In this document: positions 7,619-16,692 of the stretch, piece by piece
Position numbering within the stretch: position 1 is the first letter of the stretch
How the letters are laid out: each line of letters opens with the position of its first letter
DNA from: an uncultured Chloroflexia bacterium
GTDB lineage: Bacteria > Chloroflexota > Limnocylindria > Limnocylindrales > CSP1-4
Direction: 5' to 3'
Assembly: GCA_963828165.1 (NCBI GenBank)
Contig: CAWHDR010000001.1
Span: 2,131,543-2,195,542 of the forward strand
DNA: 64,000 bases
The notes under the pieces: generated by a model
Told to the model about the DNA's origin: nothing
Seen by the model: only the letters and a program-made list of their open reading frames with translations
Database searches by the model: none
Translations under genes and position numbers: made by a program

Positions 7619-8503
7619 ATGAAGCACTTCTTGGCCAGCCTGCGCCCGGATCGCGACTTCGAGGCGGCCCGTACCGCCCTCGACGAAGGTCGATTTGACG
7701 ACGCGGAGTCGGGCTTTCGAGCCGAGATCGAGGCCGGCAGGGGGACACCGGCGACCTGGTTCAACCTTGGACTGGTCTACAAGTTCCGGCACGACTGGGC
7801 GAACGCACGGGAGGCGAATTTGCGATGCCTGGAGCTTCGACCGGGGGACCATGAAGCGACCTGGAACCTCGGCGTCGCCGCGACGGCGCTGCGCGACTGG
7901 TCGACGGCACGGGACGCCTGGCGCGGCCTGGCGATCGATGTCGGCGACGGCGAGGGCGAGCCGATCACCGATCTCGGACCAGCGCCCATCCGGCTCAACG
8001 CCGGTCCGGACGGGGAGGGTGAGGTGGTCTGGGGAACGCGGATCGATCCGTGCCGCTCGCGCATCGAGTCGATCCCGCTGCCGGAATCGGGTCATCGATG
8101 GCACGACGTCGTCCTGCATGACGTCGTCCCACGCGGCGAGCGGATGATCCAGGGGTACAAGCGATCGGTCTTCGACGAGCTCGAGCGGATGGACCCGTCC
8201 CCCGCGCCGACCCACGTCGCCGAGATCGCCTGGTCGACCGACGCAGACGAGGAGGCTCTCCAGGCCGAGATCCTGGATCGAGACCTGGGCGGCGAGGACT
8301 GGAGCCAGAACCTCCAGATGATCTGCGCGGCGTGCAGCCTCGCCAGCGTCCACGAACACGACGGCGTCGAGGCGCCGCAAGTTGGGGTCCACCGGTTCGC
8401 CTTCGCCGGCGACACGCAGCACATCACCGACGCGCTGCGCGCCTGGGCGTCGAACGGCGACGGCAAGCGTGTCGTGCTGACCGAACCCGAGGTCGTCGGC
8501 TAG
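7619..8503 (+). CDS. tetratricopeptide-repeat protein
   Basis: 294-aa ORF with N-terminal TPR-like repeats (AESGFRAEIEAG..WFNLGLVYKFRHDWANAREANLRCLELRPGDHEATWNLGVAATAL). Confidence 0.65.
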   Translation: MKHFLASLRPDRDFEAARTALDEGRFDDAESGFRAEIEAGRGTPATWFNLGLVYKFRHDWANAREANLRCLELRPGDHEATWNLGVAATALRDWSTARDAWRGLAIDVGDGEGEPITDLGPAPIRLNAGPDGEGEVVWGTRIDPCRSRIESIPLPESGHRWHDVVLHDVVPRGERMIQGYKRSVFDELERMDPSPAPTHVAEIAWSTDADEEALQAEILDRDLGGEDWSQNLQMICAACSLASVHEHDGVEAPQVGVHRFAFAGDTQHITDALRAWASNGDGKRVVLTEPEVVG

Positions 8504-8563
8504 CGTCGTTGGAACGCATCTGCTGTTTCGATATCCTGTGCACCCGATGCAGAGGAGTCGACG

Positions 8564-9094
8564 ATGGCGACACACGGACCAGCCACGACCGGCGCGCGCC
8601 TCAAGGTGATCCAGCCCGGCCACGGTCGTACCGGCGTCCTCCTCCCAGGCGTAGGAGTGGTCTTCAAGATCGACAGCGAGGACACCGGCGGAGCCCTCTC
8701 GATCGTTGAGCATCCGTTCGCGGTCGGAGCGCTCGTGCCGCCGCACATCCACACGCGCGAGGACGAATACTCGATCGTGCTTGAGGGCGAGATCGGCTTC
8801 CGCTCGGAGGACCAGGAGGTGGTCCTCGGCGCCGGGGGATACATCATCAAGCCGCGCAATCAGGTCCACGCGATGTGGAATGCCGGGTCGACGCCTGCGC
8901 GCATGATCGAGGTGATCTCGCCGCCGGGCTTCGAGCGGTTCTTCGGTGAGTTGGTCGACATGACGTCGGTCGGCGAACCCGATTCCGACGAGCTGGAGCG
9001 CCTTGGCGACCGCTACGGCGTCCCGTCGGCTGAGCCTGATTGGCTTGCGGACGTCATCGCCAGGTACAACCTCACGCCGCTGCCGGACGCCTAG
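8564..9094 (+). CDS. cupin domain protein
   Basis: PPHIHTREDEYSIVLEGEIGF and NQVHAMWNAG cupin motifs; paralogue of 3759..4262. Confidence 0.8.
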   Translation: MATHGPATTGARLKVIQPGHGRTGVLLPGVGVVFKIDSEDTGGALSIVEHPFAVGALVPPHIHTREDEYSIVLEGEIGFRSEDQEVVLGAGGYIIKPRNQVHAMWNAGSTPARMIEVISPPGFERFFGELVDMTSVGEPDSDELERLGDRYGVPSAEPDWLADVIARYNLTPLPDA

Positions 9095-9163
9095 GGCCAC
9101 CGCCCGGATGCCCACCGGAACCGGTCTGCCCATAGCGAAGGACCGAGACGTCGAAGGTAAAGG

Positions 9164-12100
9164 CTAGCTGCAGCCGGACGTGCTCCCGCAGTTGAGGCAC
9201 TTGTAGCAACTGCCGTTGCGGACCATGATCGAGCCGCAGTCGGCGCAGCTCGGGGCGTCCGCCTGGGTCTGGAAGCTCACCTTCGTGGCCCCCAGGTTCA
9301 ACGTGATGGCCGACGTTCCGCCACCGTTCCCGTTGCCCGTCTTGCTGCCACCGTTCGCGGCATGCCCTTCCATTGGTCGCGATGACCTTCAGGGCATCCC
9401 CGGGAGCAGCGTCAGCCGGTGACGCCGCCACGGCCGTGGCCTTGGGCGACATCCGAGTCACCGGATTGGGCCTCCGAGGCGGTCGGAGGAGACGCCGCCT
9501 CGGAGGTCTCGGTGTGGGCCCCCTCACCATCTGAGCCGATCCCAGGCGCGGCCGCCAAGGTGGACGGAGTTTCATTGCTAGGTGCCACAGGCCGGGCTAC
9601 CGGGTCAGGGCTCGGCGCAGCAAGGCGCTGGGCGCCGAAGGCGGTTGTGCCTTGCGGAGCCGAGTCCTGGCCCGACACCTCAACCTGAGACCGATCGATG
9701 AGCCCCAGGCTCGCCTTGTCGTCCGTGTCCAGGAACCGCGACCCCAGCCACCGGAAGATGTAGTCCACGATGCTCTTCGCGATCGGGATCTCCTGGTTGC
9801 CGGTGAACCCGGACGGCTCGAACCGGACGTGCGCGAACTTGTTGACGAGGTCCTTGAACGGCACGCCGTACTGGAGTGCCACCGACACCGTCGTCGCGAA
9901 GGAGTCCATCAACCCCGAGACCGTGGACCCCTCCTTGGCCATCTTCAGGAAGATCTCGCCCGGCTGTCCGTCCGGATACAGCCCGACGGTGATGTAGCCC
10001 TCGTGGCCCGAGATCTCGAACTTGTGCGTGACCGCGGTCCGCTCGGACGGCAGGCGCCGGCGATGGGGGAGGGCCGCCTCGGCCTGGGCCTTGGCGAGCT
10101 GCTTCTTGAGGTCGGTGACGACCGCCGTGTCGACGACGTCGCCGTTCGTCTTGGAGGTGCTCAGCGGCTGCGAGCGCTTCGAGTTGTCGCGGTAGACCGC
10201 GATCGCCTTGAGGCCGAGCTTCCAGCCCTCGAGGTAGACCTGCTCGATCTCCTTGGCCGTGGCCGCCTCCGGCATGTTCACGGTCTTGGAGATGGCGCCC
10301 GAGATGAACGGCTGGATGGCGCCCATCATCCGGACGTGGCCCATGTAGTGGATGGACCGCGTGCCGTTGGCCGGCTTGAAGGCGCAGTCGAAGACCGACA
10401 GGTGCTCGGCCTTGATGTGCGGGGCGCCTTCGATGGTCTCGCGCTCGGTCAGGTAGTCGAGGATCTCGCTCGTCTGGTCGGCGGTGTAGCCGAGCTTCTT
10501 GAGCGCCGCCGGGACGGTCTGGTTGACGATCTTGAGGAAGCCCTCGCCGACCAGCTTCTTGTACTTGATGAGCGCGATGTCCGGCTCCACGCCGGTCGTG
10601 TCGCAATCCATCATGAAGGCGATCGTGCCAGTGGGCGCGAGCACGGTGACCTGCGCGTTGCGATAGCCGTGCTTCTTGCCGAGTTCGAGCGCCTCGTCGT
10701 AGACGATCTTGGCGTGGTCGATCAGGGTCGTGGGCACGCCCTGGGTCGGGATGCGGTACGCGGCGTCACGGTGCTTGCCGATGACGCGCAGGAACGGCGC
10801 TTCGTTGACCTTGTACTCGGCGAACGGGCCGCCGTGGTCGCGGGCGATGATCGCCGACTGCTTGTACGCCTCGCCGTGCATGATCGCGGTCAGGGCCGCG
10901 GCGTAGTTGCGCCCCTCGTCCGAGTCGTAGGCGAGACCGCGGCTCATCAGCAGCGCGCCGAGGTTGGCGTAGCCCAGGCCGAGCGGGCGGAACTTGTGCG
11001 AGTTCTCCTCGATCTTGGGCGTCGGGTAGCTGGCGTTATCGACCAGGATCTCCTGGGCCGTCAGCGTCACCTTGGCCGCGAACCGGTACGCCTCGGGGTC
11101 GAACTCGCCGTCCGCGTCGACGAACTTCATCAGGTTGAGTGAGGCGAGGTTGCAGGCGGTGTCGTTGAGGAACATGTACTCGGAGCACGGGTTGCTCGCG
11201 TGGATGCGATCCGTGTTCGCGGACGTGTGCCAGTCGTTGATCGTCGTGTCGTACTGGATGCCCGGGTCGCCGCACAGGTGCGCGGCTTCGGCCATCTTGC
11301 GGAAGATGTCGCGGGCCTTGTAGGTGTCCATCGGCTCGCCGCCGACCACGGCGTGGGTCGTCCACTCCTGGTCCTGCTCGACCGCGCGCATGAAGTCGTC
11401 CGTGACGCGGACGCTGTGGTTGGCGTTCTGGAAGAAGACGGAGCCGTAGGCCTCGCCGGTGAAGCTCGGGTCGTAGCCGGCCTCGATCAGCGCCCAGGCC
11501 TTCTGCTCTTCGTGCGCCTTCGAATCGATGAACTCGAGGACGTCCGGATGGCCGGCGTCGAGGATCACCATCTTGGCCGCGCGGCGGGTCTTGCCGCCCG
11601 ACTTCACGACGCCGGCGAAGGCGTCATAGCCCTTCATGAAGGAGACGGGGCCGCTTGCCGTGCCGCCGCCGGCCATCTTCTCCCTGGAAGAGCGGATCGT
11701 GGACAGGTTGCTGCCCGCGCCCGAGCCGAACTTGAAGAGCATCGCCTCGGTCTTGGCGAGGTCCATGATGCTGCTCATCGTGTCCTGGACCGAGTTGATG
11801 AAGCACGCGGAGCACTGCGGCTGCTTCTCGATCCCGACGTTGAACCAGACCGGCGAGTTGAAGGCCATCTTCTGGTGGACGATGAGGTGGGTCAGCTCGG
11901 CCTTGAAGGTCGCCAGGTCCTCGTCGCTCGCGAAGTAGCGCTGGGTCTCCGCCCAGGAGGCGATCGTGTTGACGACGCGATCGATGAGCTGCTTGACGCT
12001 CGTCTCACGCTCCGGGGTGTTGAGGTGCCCGCGGAAGTACTTGGACACCACGACGTTCGTGGCGAGCTGGGACCAGAAGTTGGGGACCTCGACGTCCTTC

Positions 12101-12404
12101 TGCTCGAAGACGCGACTTGCCGCTTTCGTTGGCGATGCCGGCGGTCCGGTACTCCCAGGTGATCTCGTCGTAGGGATGGACGCCTGGGCGGGTCCAGCGG
12201 CGCTCGAAGGTCAGGCCCTTGGCGGGCTTGCCGTTGGGATCCGTGCCGTCGAAGCTCGCGCCGTATGGGCCGGCGTGGCGGCGTGGCGTTGCTTGGCGGG
12301 TGGCTGTGGCGAGGGGCCGAGGCCGCGCCCGACTTGGCGGTCGCCTCCGACTTGGGCTGCTTCGTGTCGTGCTCGGCGACGCCGCTGGTCGTGGCTCGGG
12401 CCAT
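9164..12404 (-). CDS. nrdJ: adenosylcobalamin-dependent (class II) ribonucleotide reductase, frame broken near both ends
   Basis: Core ORF 9412..12051 (NSPVWFNVG, QCSACFINSV, FKFGSGAGSNLS, SNPCSEYMFLNDTACNLASLNL). N-terminus is in other frames: ATG 12404 behind GGAGGAG, and GLTFERRWTRPGVHPYDEITWEYR in ORF 12005..12691. C-terminal zinc-ribbon tail is in ORF 9164..9373 (SCADCGSIMVRNGSCYKCLNCGSTSGCS). Frame breaks near 12300, 12112, 9415 and 9372. Confidence 0.85.
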
Positions 12405-12594
12405 CTGATGCTCCTCCGTGTCCATCCCGCGCGGTAGCTGCCGCGTTTCCGTTGTCGTCTCTGTTCCGAGGCTCCTGCGTGCCGGGCCCCGGGCCGGCGG
12501 ATCGTGCCGTTTGCGGGGCGGGGTTTCGGGGTCTCGGTAGGGCGAGTGACCACAAGAACGATACGCCGATGGATAGCGGTAGTCAAGGCCAAAA

Positions 12595-12643
12595 CCACAA
12601 GATGTAGTGGTTGTGTTGCGAACGCTACCGCTAGATGTGGTGG
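12595..12643 (-). promoter_or_regulatory. pair of NrdR-box-like 16-mers upstream of nrdJ
   Basis: CCACAAGATGTAGTGG (12595-12610) and CCGCTAGATGTGGTGG (12628-12643), 13/16 identical to each other. Box 1 matches about 12/16 of the published NrdR consensus acaCwAtATaTwGtgt. Start-to-start spacing is 33 bp. Confidence 0.5.
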
Positions 12644-12663
12644 TTTGCGTGTTTTCACGCTCA

Positions 12664-12765
12664 TCCACGCTCGCCGCCCGTTCGTCCACATCGGGGAGCG
12701 GCTTTTCCACGGGCTGTTGCGGGGATGTCCACGTGCGTCTGGGCGGTTCTCAACGACGTATCCAC
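12664..12765. promoter_or_regulatory. five co-oriented TCCAC(G/A) motifs phased at about 21 bp (DnaA-box-like)
   Basis: TCCAC at 12664, 12685, 12706, 12728 and 12761 (spacings 21, 21, 22, 33). Contexts TCGTCCACA, ATGTCCACG, GTATCCACG match 7-8 of 9 positions of TTGTCCACA/TTATCCACA. Confidence 0.3.
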
Positions 12766-12823
12766 GGATCGTACACCGAACGGGTGTTCTGTTTGTGCTT
12801 GGACGGTTCTGTCCGCGGGGCTC

Positions 12824-12906
12824 CAGCCCCGAGCCGGCTGCGGCCGCCCCAGCCCCGAGCCGGCTGCGGCCGCCGCAGCCCCGAGCCGTTTGAGGCCGCC
12901 GCAGCC
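12824..12906. repeat. 26-bp tandem repeat x3.2, each junction forming a GC hairpin
   Basis: CAGCCCCGAGCCGGCTGCGGCCGCC(C/G) repeated at 12824, 12850, 12876 (third copy diverged) plus a partial copy. GGCTGCGG-CCG-CCGCAGCC stem-loops span unit junctions. Confidence 0.85.
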
Positions 12907-12910
12907 TAAC

Positions 12911-13100
12911 AACTCCGCCAAATGTGCTTCCACCGGAACGTAAGGCGGTCAGTTAGTGGGCCGGGAGGGTTGCTCGGGGCTGCCCCGACCGGGATCTGAG
13001 CGTGACGCGACGCCCATGCAGCTGCGAATCGCGCCTTCGGCGGCCAGGCGAGGCTCAGTTGCCCGCCTAACGTTCCGGTAGCGATACAAATGGCGGAGTT
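12911..13100. mobile_element. 190-bp MITE-like element / long palindromic repeat, copy A
   Basis: Left arm AACTCCGCCAAATGTGCTTCCACCGGAACGTAAGGCGG (12911-12948). Reverse complement of the right arm (13063-13100) is AACTCCGCCATTTGTATCGCTACCGGAACGTTAGGCGG. Same arms recur at 23889..24088; no coding capacity. Confidence 0.55.
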
Positions 13101-13175
13101 TCGACGCGAGAACGGATCGGTTGCGGCCGCTCCCCCGATAAGCGGCAGTGCAGCGTTCCTGGTCATGATCGGTCG

Positions 13176-13901
13176 ATGGAGGATCTGCGTCTCGGCTCAG
13201 TCGTCCGGACGGCGCGCCTGCGACGCGGCTGGCGCCAGCAGGACCTGGCCGCGAAGGGGCGAGTCTCGCGGGTCACGATCTCGCGGGTCGAGCAAGGGCA
13301 TGTCGGACCCTTGTCCCTGGACTCGATCCGTGCGATCTGCGGGGCCCTGGACATCCGCCTGGAGCTCCAGCCAAGGTGGCGTGGCGGCGACCTGGATCGG
13401 ATGATGAGCCGGCGGCACTCGGCCCTGCACGAGTCGGTCACGCGAACGATCGCCGCGGCATTCCCGGATTGGGAGATCTCGCCGGAGGTCTCGTTCTCCA
13501 TCTACGGAGAGCGTGGCGTCATCGACCTGTTGCTATGGCATCCCGGCCGCCGAGCCCTGCTGGTCATCGAGCTCAAGACGGACATCGTCGACGTTGGCGA
13601 GATGCTCGGCACGCTCGACAAGAAGCGGCGTCTTGCCTGGGAGATCGCCAAGGAGAAGGGCTGGTCGCCGCGAACCGTGTCGGCCTGGATCGTGGTTGGC
13701 GGATCCCGAACCAACGAGCGGCGAGTCGCTCAATTCCAGGCGATGCTCCGATCGGCGTACCCGGCCGACGGCCGCCAGGTGCGGGCGTGGCTGCGGGATC
13801 CCGTGGGGTCGATCGCCGCCCTGTCGCTGTGGTCCGCGGCCGCCAGCGGTGCTCGTGATGTCGCGCCGCGCCGGCGGGTCCGGACGACGCGGGTCGCGTA
13901 G
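13176..13901 (+). CDS. XRE-family HTH protein with C-terminal PD-(D/E)xK-like domain
   Basis: HTH LGSVVRTARLRRGWRQQDLAAKGRVSRVTISRVEQG; C-terminal half has E..D..ExK arrangement (YGERGVIDLLLW...ALLVIELKT). Confidence 0.7.
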   Translation: MEDLRLGSVVRTARLRRGWRQQDLAAKGRVSRVTISRVEQGHVGPLSLDSIRAICGALDIRLELQPRWRGGDLDRMMSRRHSALHESVTRTIAAAFPDWEISPEVSFSIYGERGVIDLLLWHPGRRALLVIELKTDIVDVGEMLGTLDKKRRLAWEIAKEKGWSPRTVSAWIVVGGSRTNERRVAQFQAMLRSAYPADGRQVRAWLRDPVGSIAALSLWSAAASGARDVAPRRRVRTTRVA

Positions 13902-14002
13902 GACCGGCGGGCCAGCGACGCTGGTCGGCTAGCGCCGGGGGGGCCAGCGACGCGGTTGATAGCCGGGCGCGACCTTGTGCGTCGGCCGCGGGTCCGGACA
14001 AC

Positions 14003-14437
14003 CTAGAGGGGGTCGGCTGACCCGCTGATCGCGGCCGCTGCCTCGCAGCATGGGCCGGATTGGTCGAGGACCGGCAGGGTCCGGGCCGTGGAGGTGAGGT
14101 GTTGCTCGAGGCGCTCGAGTCGGCGCTCGGTTGCCTGGAGGCGCGCGATGCGGTCGTGGATCTCGCGGCGTTTGGCGGCCAGCAGGGATGGCAGGTCGTT
14201 GGTGGTCTCTGCGCAGTGGCCGGCCTGGCACCAGCTCGCCATCCGGGCGGCGTCCGCCAGGGGGAGGTCAAGGCCGCGCAGGTCGATCAGCAGTCGCAGC
14301 CTCGCGACATCACTGACCGCGTACTCGCGGTAGCCGTTGTCGCGGCGTGACGCTGCGGGCAGCAGGCCCTCGCGTTCGTAGAAGCGGATGGTGTCGGCGG
14401 ACACCCCGACCTCGCGCGCGAACTCGCCGATCCTCAT
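14003..14437 (-). CDS. MerR family transcriptional regulator
   Basis: MRIGEFAREVGVSADTIRFYEREGLLP...YREY HTH, coiled-coil dimerisation helix, Cys clusters CQAGHC and GPCC. Confidence 0.85.
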   Translation of the reverse strand: MRIGEFAREVGVSADTIRFYEREGLLPAASRRDNGYREYAVSDVARLRLLIDLRGLDLPLADAARMASWCQAGHCAETTNDLPSLLAAKRREIHDRIARLQATERRLERLEQHLTSTARTLPVLDQSGPCCEAAAAISGSADPL

Positions 14438-14464
14438 CCCGGGCCTCCGCCATAGTGCGCCTGA

Positions 14465-15610
14465 CTAGCTGCGTGATCCAGTCGGGGGCACCGGGACTGC
14501 GCGGGCTATAGGCAGGCATTGGAGTGCACGCCGAATGGGTGGGCATGGCGGGGCGGGCCCGGCCCCGACGAGTCTCGCGAGGCGCTCGAAGGCGGCAACT
14601 TTGTCGACGCGCATCCGCTCGATCACGGTTCCCACTGCCGGCGAGTCCCCGTGACGCGCCCATCGGAGCCGGAGCCGGGTCCCGCCCTCGACCGGGTCGA
14701 GGTCCGTGACCGCCTCGATCGGACCGACGTCCGGCACGGCAAGTCGCCACGCGACGCGTTCATACGGCTGCCAATCGACGATCTCCTCGAGCGTCGCCAG
14801 CCGGCCCGTCACGCACTGCGATGTCGTGCCCACGCCACGCCGGCCGCCGACCGCCACGTCCTCCATCACCAGCGGGCCTTCCCACAACGTCCGCAGCGCC
14901 GGGGCCGTGAGATGGGCCCATACGACCGCGGGGTCCGCCGCGATGGTCGCCGCGACATCAAGAATGACGTCGGCTGCGATGGGATCGATGCGGCGGACGC
15001 CGGTCTCGGCCTGCCAACGAGCCTCCAGGTCGAGCGTGAAGGTCGCGATCCGGCCCAGATGCTCGATCGAGAGCTCACCCGCCCGCAAGCCAAGAGCGCC
15101 GGGCTCGAGATCAAGGGCCCGGACCGCGTCGTCTGTGAACAGCGCGAAGCCATCGCTCACCGTCCCGGCAGTCGTCGCCCCCTTCAACAGACGGTGCACG
15201 AGGATGACGTCCGACCCAGCCAGCTCGTCCCGACCGGCGATGCGTCCACGAACGAACGCGCCGTGGTGCACGAAGAGTTTGAGGTCGAGCCGGGGCGCCA
15301 GCCGGCACGAGTTGCAGTCGCAGCTCGTGGCCCCGTCGATGCTCCGCAGCCGACGCCGGAATGCGACGTAGGCCGCCTCGATCGCGTCGAGGAGCAGCGA
15401 GCCGTCGGACCGCCCGTCCTCGACGAAGAGGAATGCCGCATCGCCCTCGAACTTGGCCAGCCGGAACGGTGGTTCCAGGCGGCCGACGATCGTCTCGAGG
15501 AGGTCGCCCGCGATCGCCGGCGCATGCTCGATCTCACTGCCGGTCAGGTACGCCGTGTACCCGGTGAGGTCCGCGATGACCAGGAACCCAGACTCGGGTG
15601 TCGCTGCCAT
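14465..15610 (-). CDS. DUF2652 (nucleotidyl-cyclase-like fold) plus SRPBCC/START-like domain protein
   Basis: ORF 14465..15856, start at ATG 15610. GFLVIADLTGYTAYL...FEGDAAFLFV resembles DUF2652; C-terminal half (AADPAVVWAHLTAPALRTLWEG...) resembles polyketide-cyclase/SRPBCC proteins. 27 bp upstream of the MerR gene on the same strand. Confidence 0.6.
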   Translation of the reverse strand: MAATPESGFLVIADLTGYTAYLTGSEIEHAPAIAGDLLETIVGRLEPPFRLAKFEGDAAFLFVEDGRSDGSLLLDAIEAAYVAFRRRLRSIDGATSCDCNSCRLAPRLDLKLFVHHGAFVRGRIAGRDELAGSDVILVHRLLKGATTAGTVSDGFALFTDDAVRALDLEPGALGLRAGELSIEHLGRIATFTLDLEARWQAETGVRRIDPIAADVILDVAATIAADPAVVWAHLTAPALRTLWEGPLVMEDVAVGGRRGVGTTSQCVTGRLATLEEIVDWQPYERVAWRLAVPDVGPIEAVTDLDPVEGGTRLRLRWARHGDSPAVGTVIERMRVDKVAAFERLARLVGAGPAPPCPPIRRALQCLPIARAVPVPPTGSRS

Positions 15611-15833
15611 GGCGGCAACGCTAGACCCTGGAGCCGCTCCAATGTCAACAGCGAACTGGCCTGACCCTGTCACACGATGCTTCGAAATCGACGTTTCCCG
15701 GTCTGCCGGCAGGCGCCCGAGTGCTCGGTGCTGCGATGACGCCCCGAGTCGCGGCTGTGTCGTTCGTGGCTGGAACGCAACGACCCGATCGCCTTCGCGA
15801 GCGCCGCTGTACGGCCCGGGGACGCAGGCTCCG

Positions 15834-16559
15834 GTGGTGGCGCTGCACGTGGGCACATCGGGGTTCGACTACAAGGATTGGCGTGGGTCGTTCTACCCGC
15901 GGTTCCTGAAGTCGGGCGACCGATTGGCGTTCTATGCCGAACATTTCGACACCGTCGAGCTCAACGTCACGTTCTATCGGATGCCGAAGGCGGAGGCGTT
16001 CCGGGGCTGGCGGGATGCCGTTCCGGACGACTTCCGATTCGCGGTCAAGGCCAGCCGGTACCTGACGCACATCAAGCGGCTCGAGGACCCGCAGGGTCCG
16101 GTCGAGTTCCTGATGGAGCGTGCCGGCGAGCTCGGCGACAAGCTCGGGGTGGTGCTCCTGCAGCTGCCGCCCACCCTCGAGATCGACCTGGACCGATTGG
16201 ACGACACGCTGCGGGCGTTTCGGCGGGCGGTGCCCATCGCGGTCGAGCCGCGCCACCAGAGCTGGTTCGTGCCGGAGCTGTGCGAGCTGCTCCGCGAGCA
16301 CGGGGCGGCGTTCGTCCTCGCGGATCGGCGCGGGCCGATCACGCCACTCTGGAGCACGACCGACTGGACGTACCTGCGGCTCCACCAGGGGAGAGCCACC
16401 CCACGGCCGTGCTACGGGCGGCACGCCCTCGCGAGCTGGGTCGACCGGCTGGCCGCGCTACCCGGCGGCGACCGCGGGTTCGTCTACTTCAACAACGACC
16501 ACCGAGCGTGCGCCGTCTACAACGCCCGGACGTTCGAGCGGATCGTCGCCCGGCGCTGA
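15834..16559 (+). CDS. DUF72 domain protein
   Basis: VALHVGTSGFDYKDWRGSFYP...YAEHFDTVELNVTFYRMP...FAVKASRYLTH is the DUF72 signature; GTG 15834 or 15837 start within ORF 15453..16559. Confidence 0.8.
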   Translation: MVALHVGTSGFDYKDWRGSFYPRFLKSGDRLAFYAEHFDTVELNVTFYRMPKAEAFRGWRDAVPDDFRFAVKASRYLTHIKRLEDPQGPVEFLMERAGELGDKLGVVLLQLPPTLEIDLDRLDDTLRAFRRAVPIAVEPRHQSWFVPELCELLREHGAAFVLADRRGPITPLWSTTDWTYLRLHQGRATPRPCYGRHALASWVDRLAALPGGDRGFVYFNNDHRACAVYNARTFERIVARR

Positions 16560-16599
16560 GGGCTCGCGCGTTCGAACCCCCAAATCGAGACGGCAAAGG

Positions 16600-16668
16600 C
16601 TTTGTCCTAGGTATTGACAAAGTCGTCGCCTCCCGCCACCATCCGCTTCGTCAACTCTCTGGACGAAG
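16600..16668 (+). promoter_or_regulatory. two inverted repeats and a TTGACA box upstream of the ROK regulator
   Basis: CTTTGTC(16600-06)...GACAAAG(16616-22) overlapping TTGACA (16614-19); CTTCGTC(16646-52)-9 nt-GACGAAG(16662-68). Function inferred only. Confidence 0.3.
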
Positions 16669-16692
16669 TGGCGAGGGGCCCGTATCCCACCC

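Noticed and set aside
7565-9133. 522-aa ORF on the minus strand
   Set aside because: It lies antisense to the TPR and cupin genes. The composition is Arg/Asp/Val-rich and typical of GC-rich antisense frames, with no recognisable motifs.
9652-11142. 496-aa ORF on the plus strand
   Set aside because: It is antisense to the conserved nrdJ core and has a low-complexity R/D/E/L/V composition.
12405-12594. Cobalamin riboswitch in the nrdJ leader
   Set aside because: I could not find a B12-box-like core or the expected multi-stem arrangement. B12 riboswitches typically control B12-independent alternatives rather than nrdJ itself.
12824-12906. Possible CRISPR array (also considered for 23779.., 44187.. 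and 48845..)
   Set aside because: The units are directly contiguous with no unique spacers, there are only about 3 copies, and no cas genes are in the window.
12405-13175. Chromosomal origin (oriC) because of clustered DnaA-box-like motifs
   Set aside because: There is no dnaA/dnaN neighbourhood and no AT-rich unwinding element. Only five weak boxes are present, all in one orientation. A regulatory array for nrdJ is more plausible.
16566-16585. tRNA-like T-loop (GTTCGAACCCCC) after the DUF72 gene
   Set aside because: The flanking bases do not pair into a T stem, and no acceptor, D or anticodon arms can be drawn.
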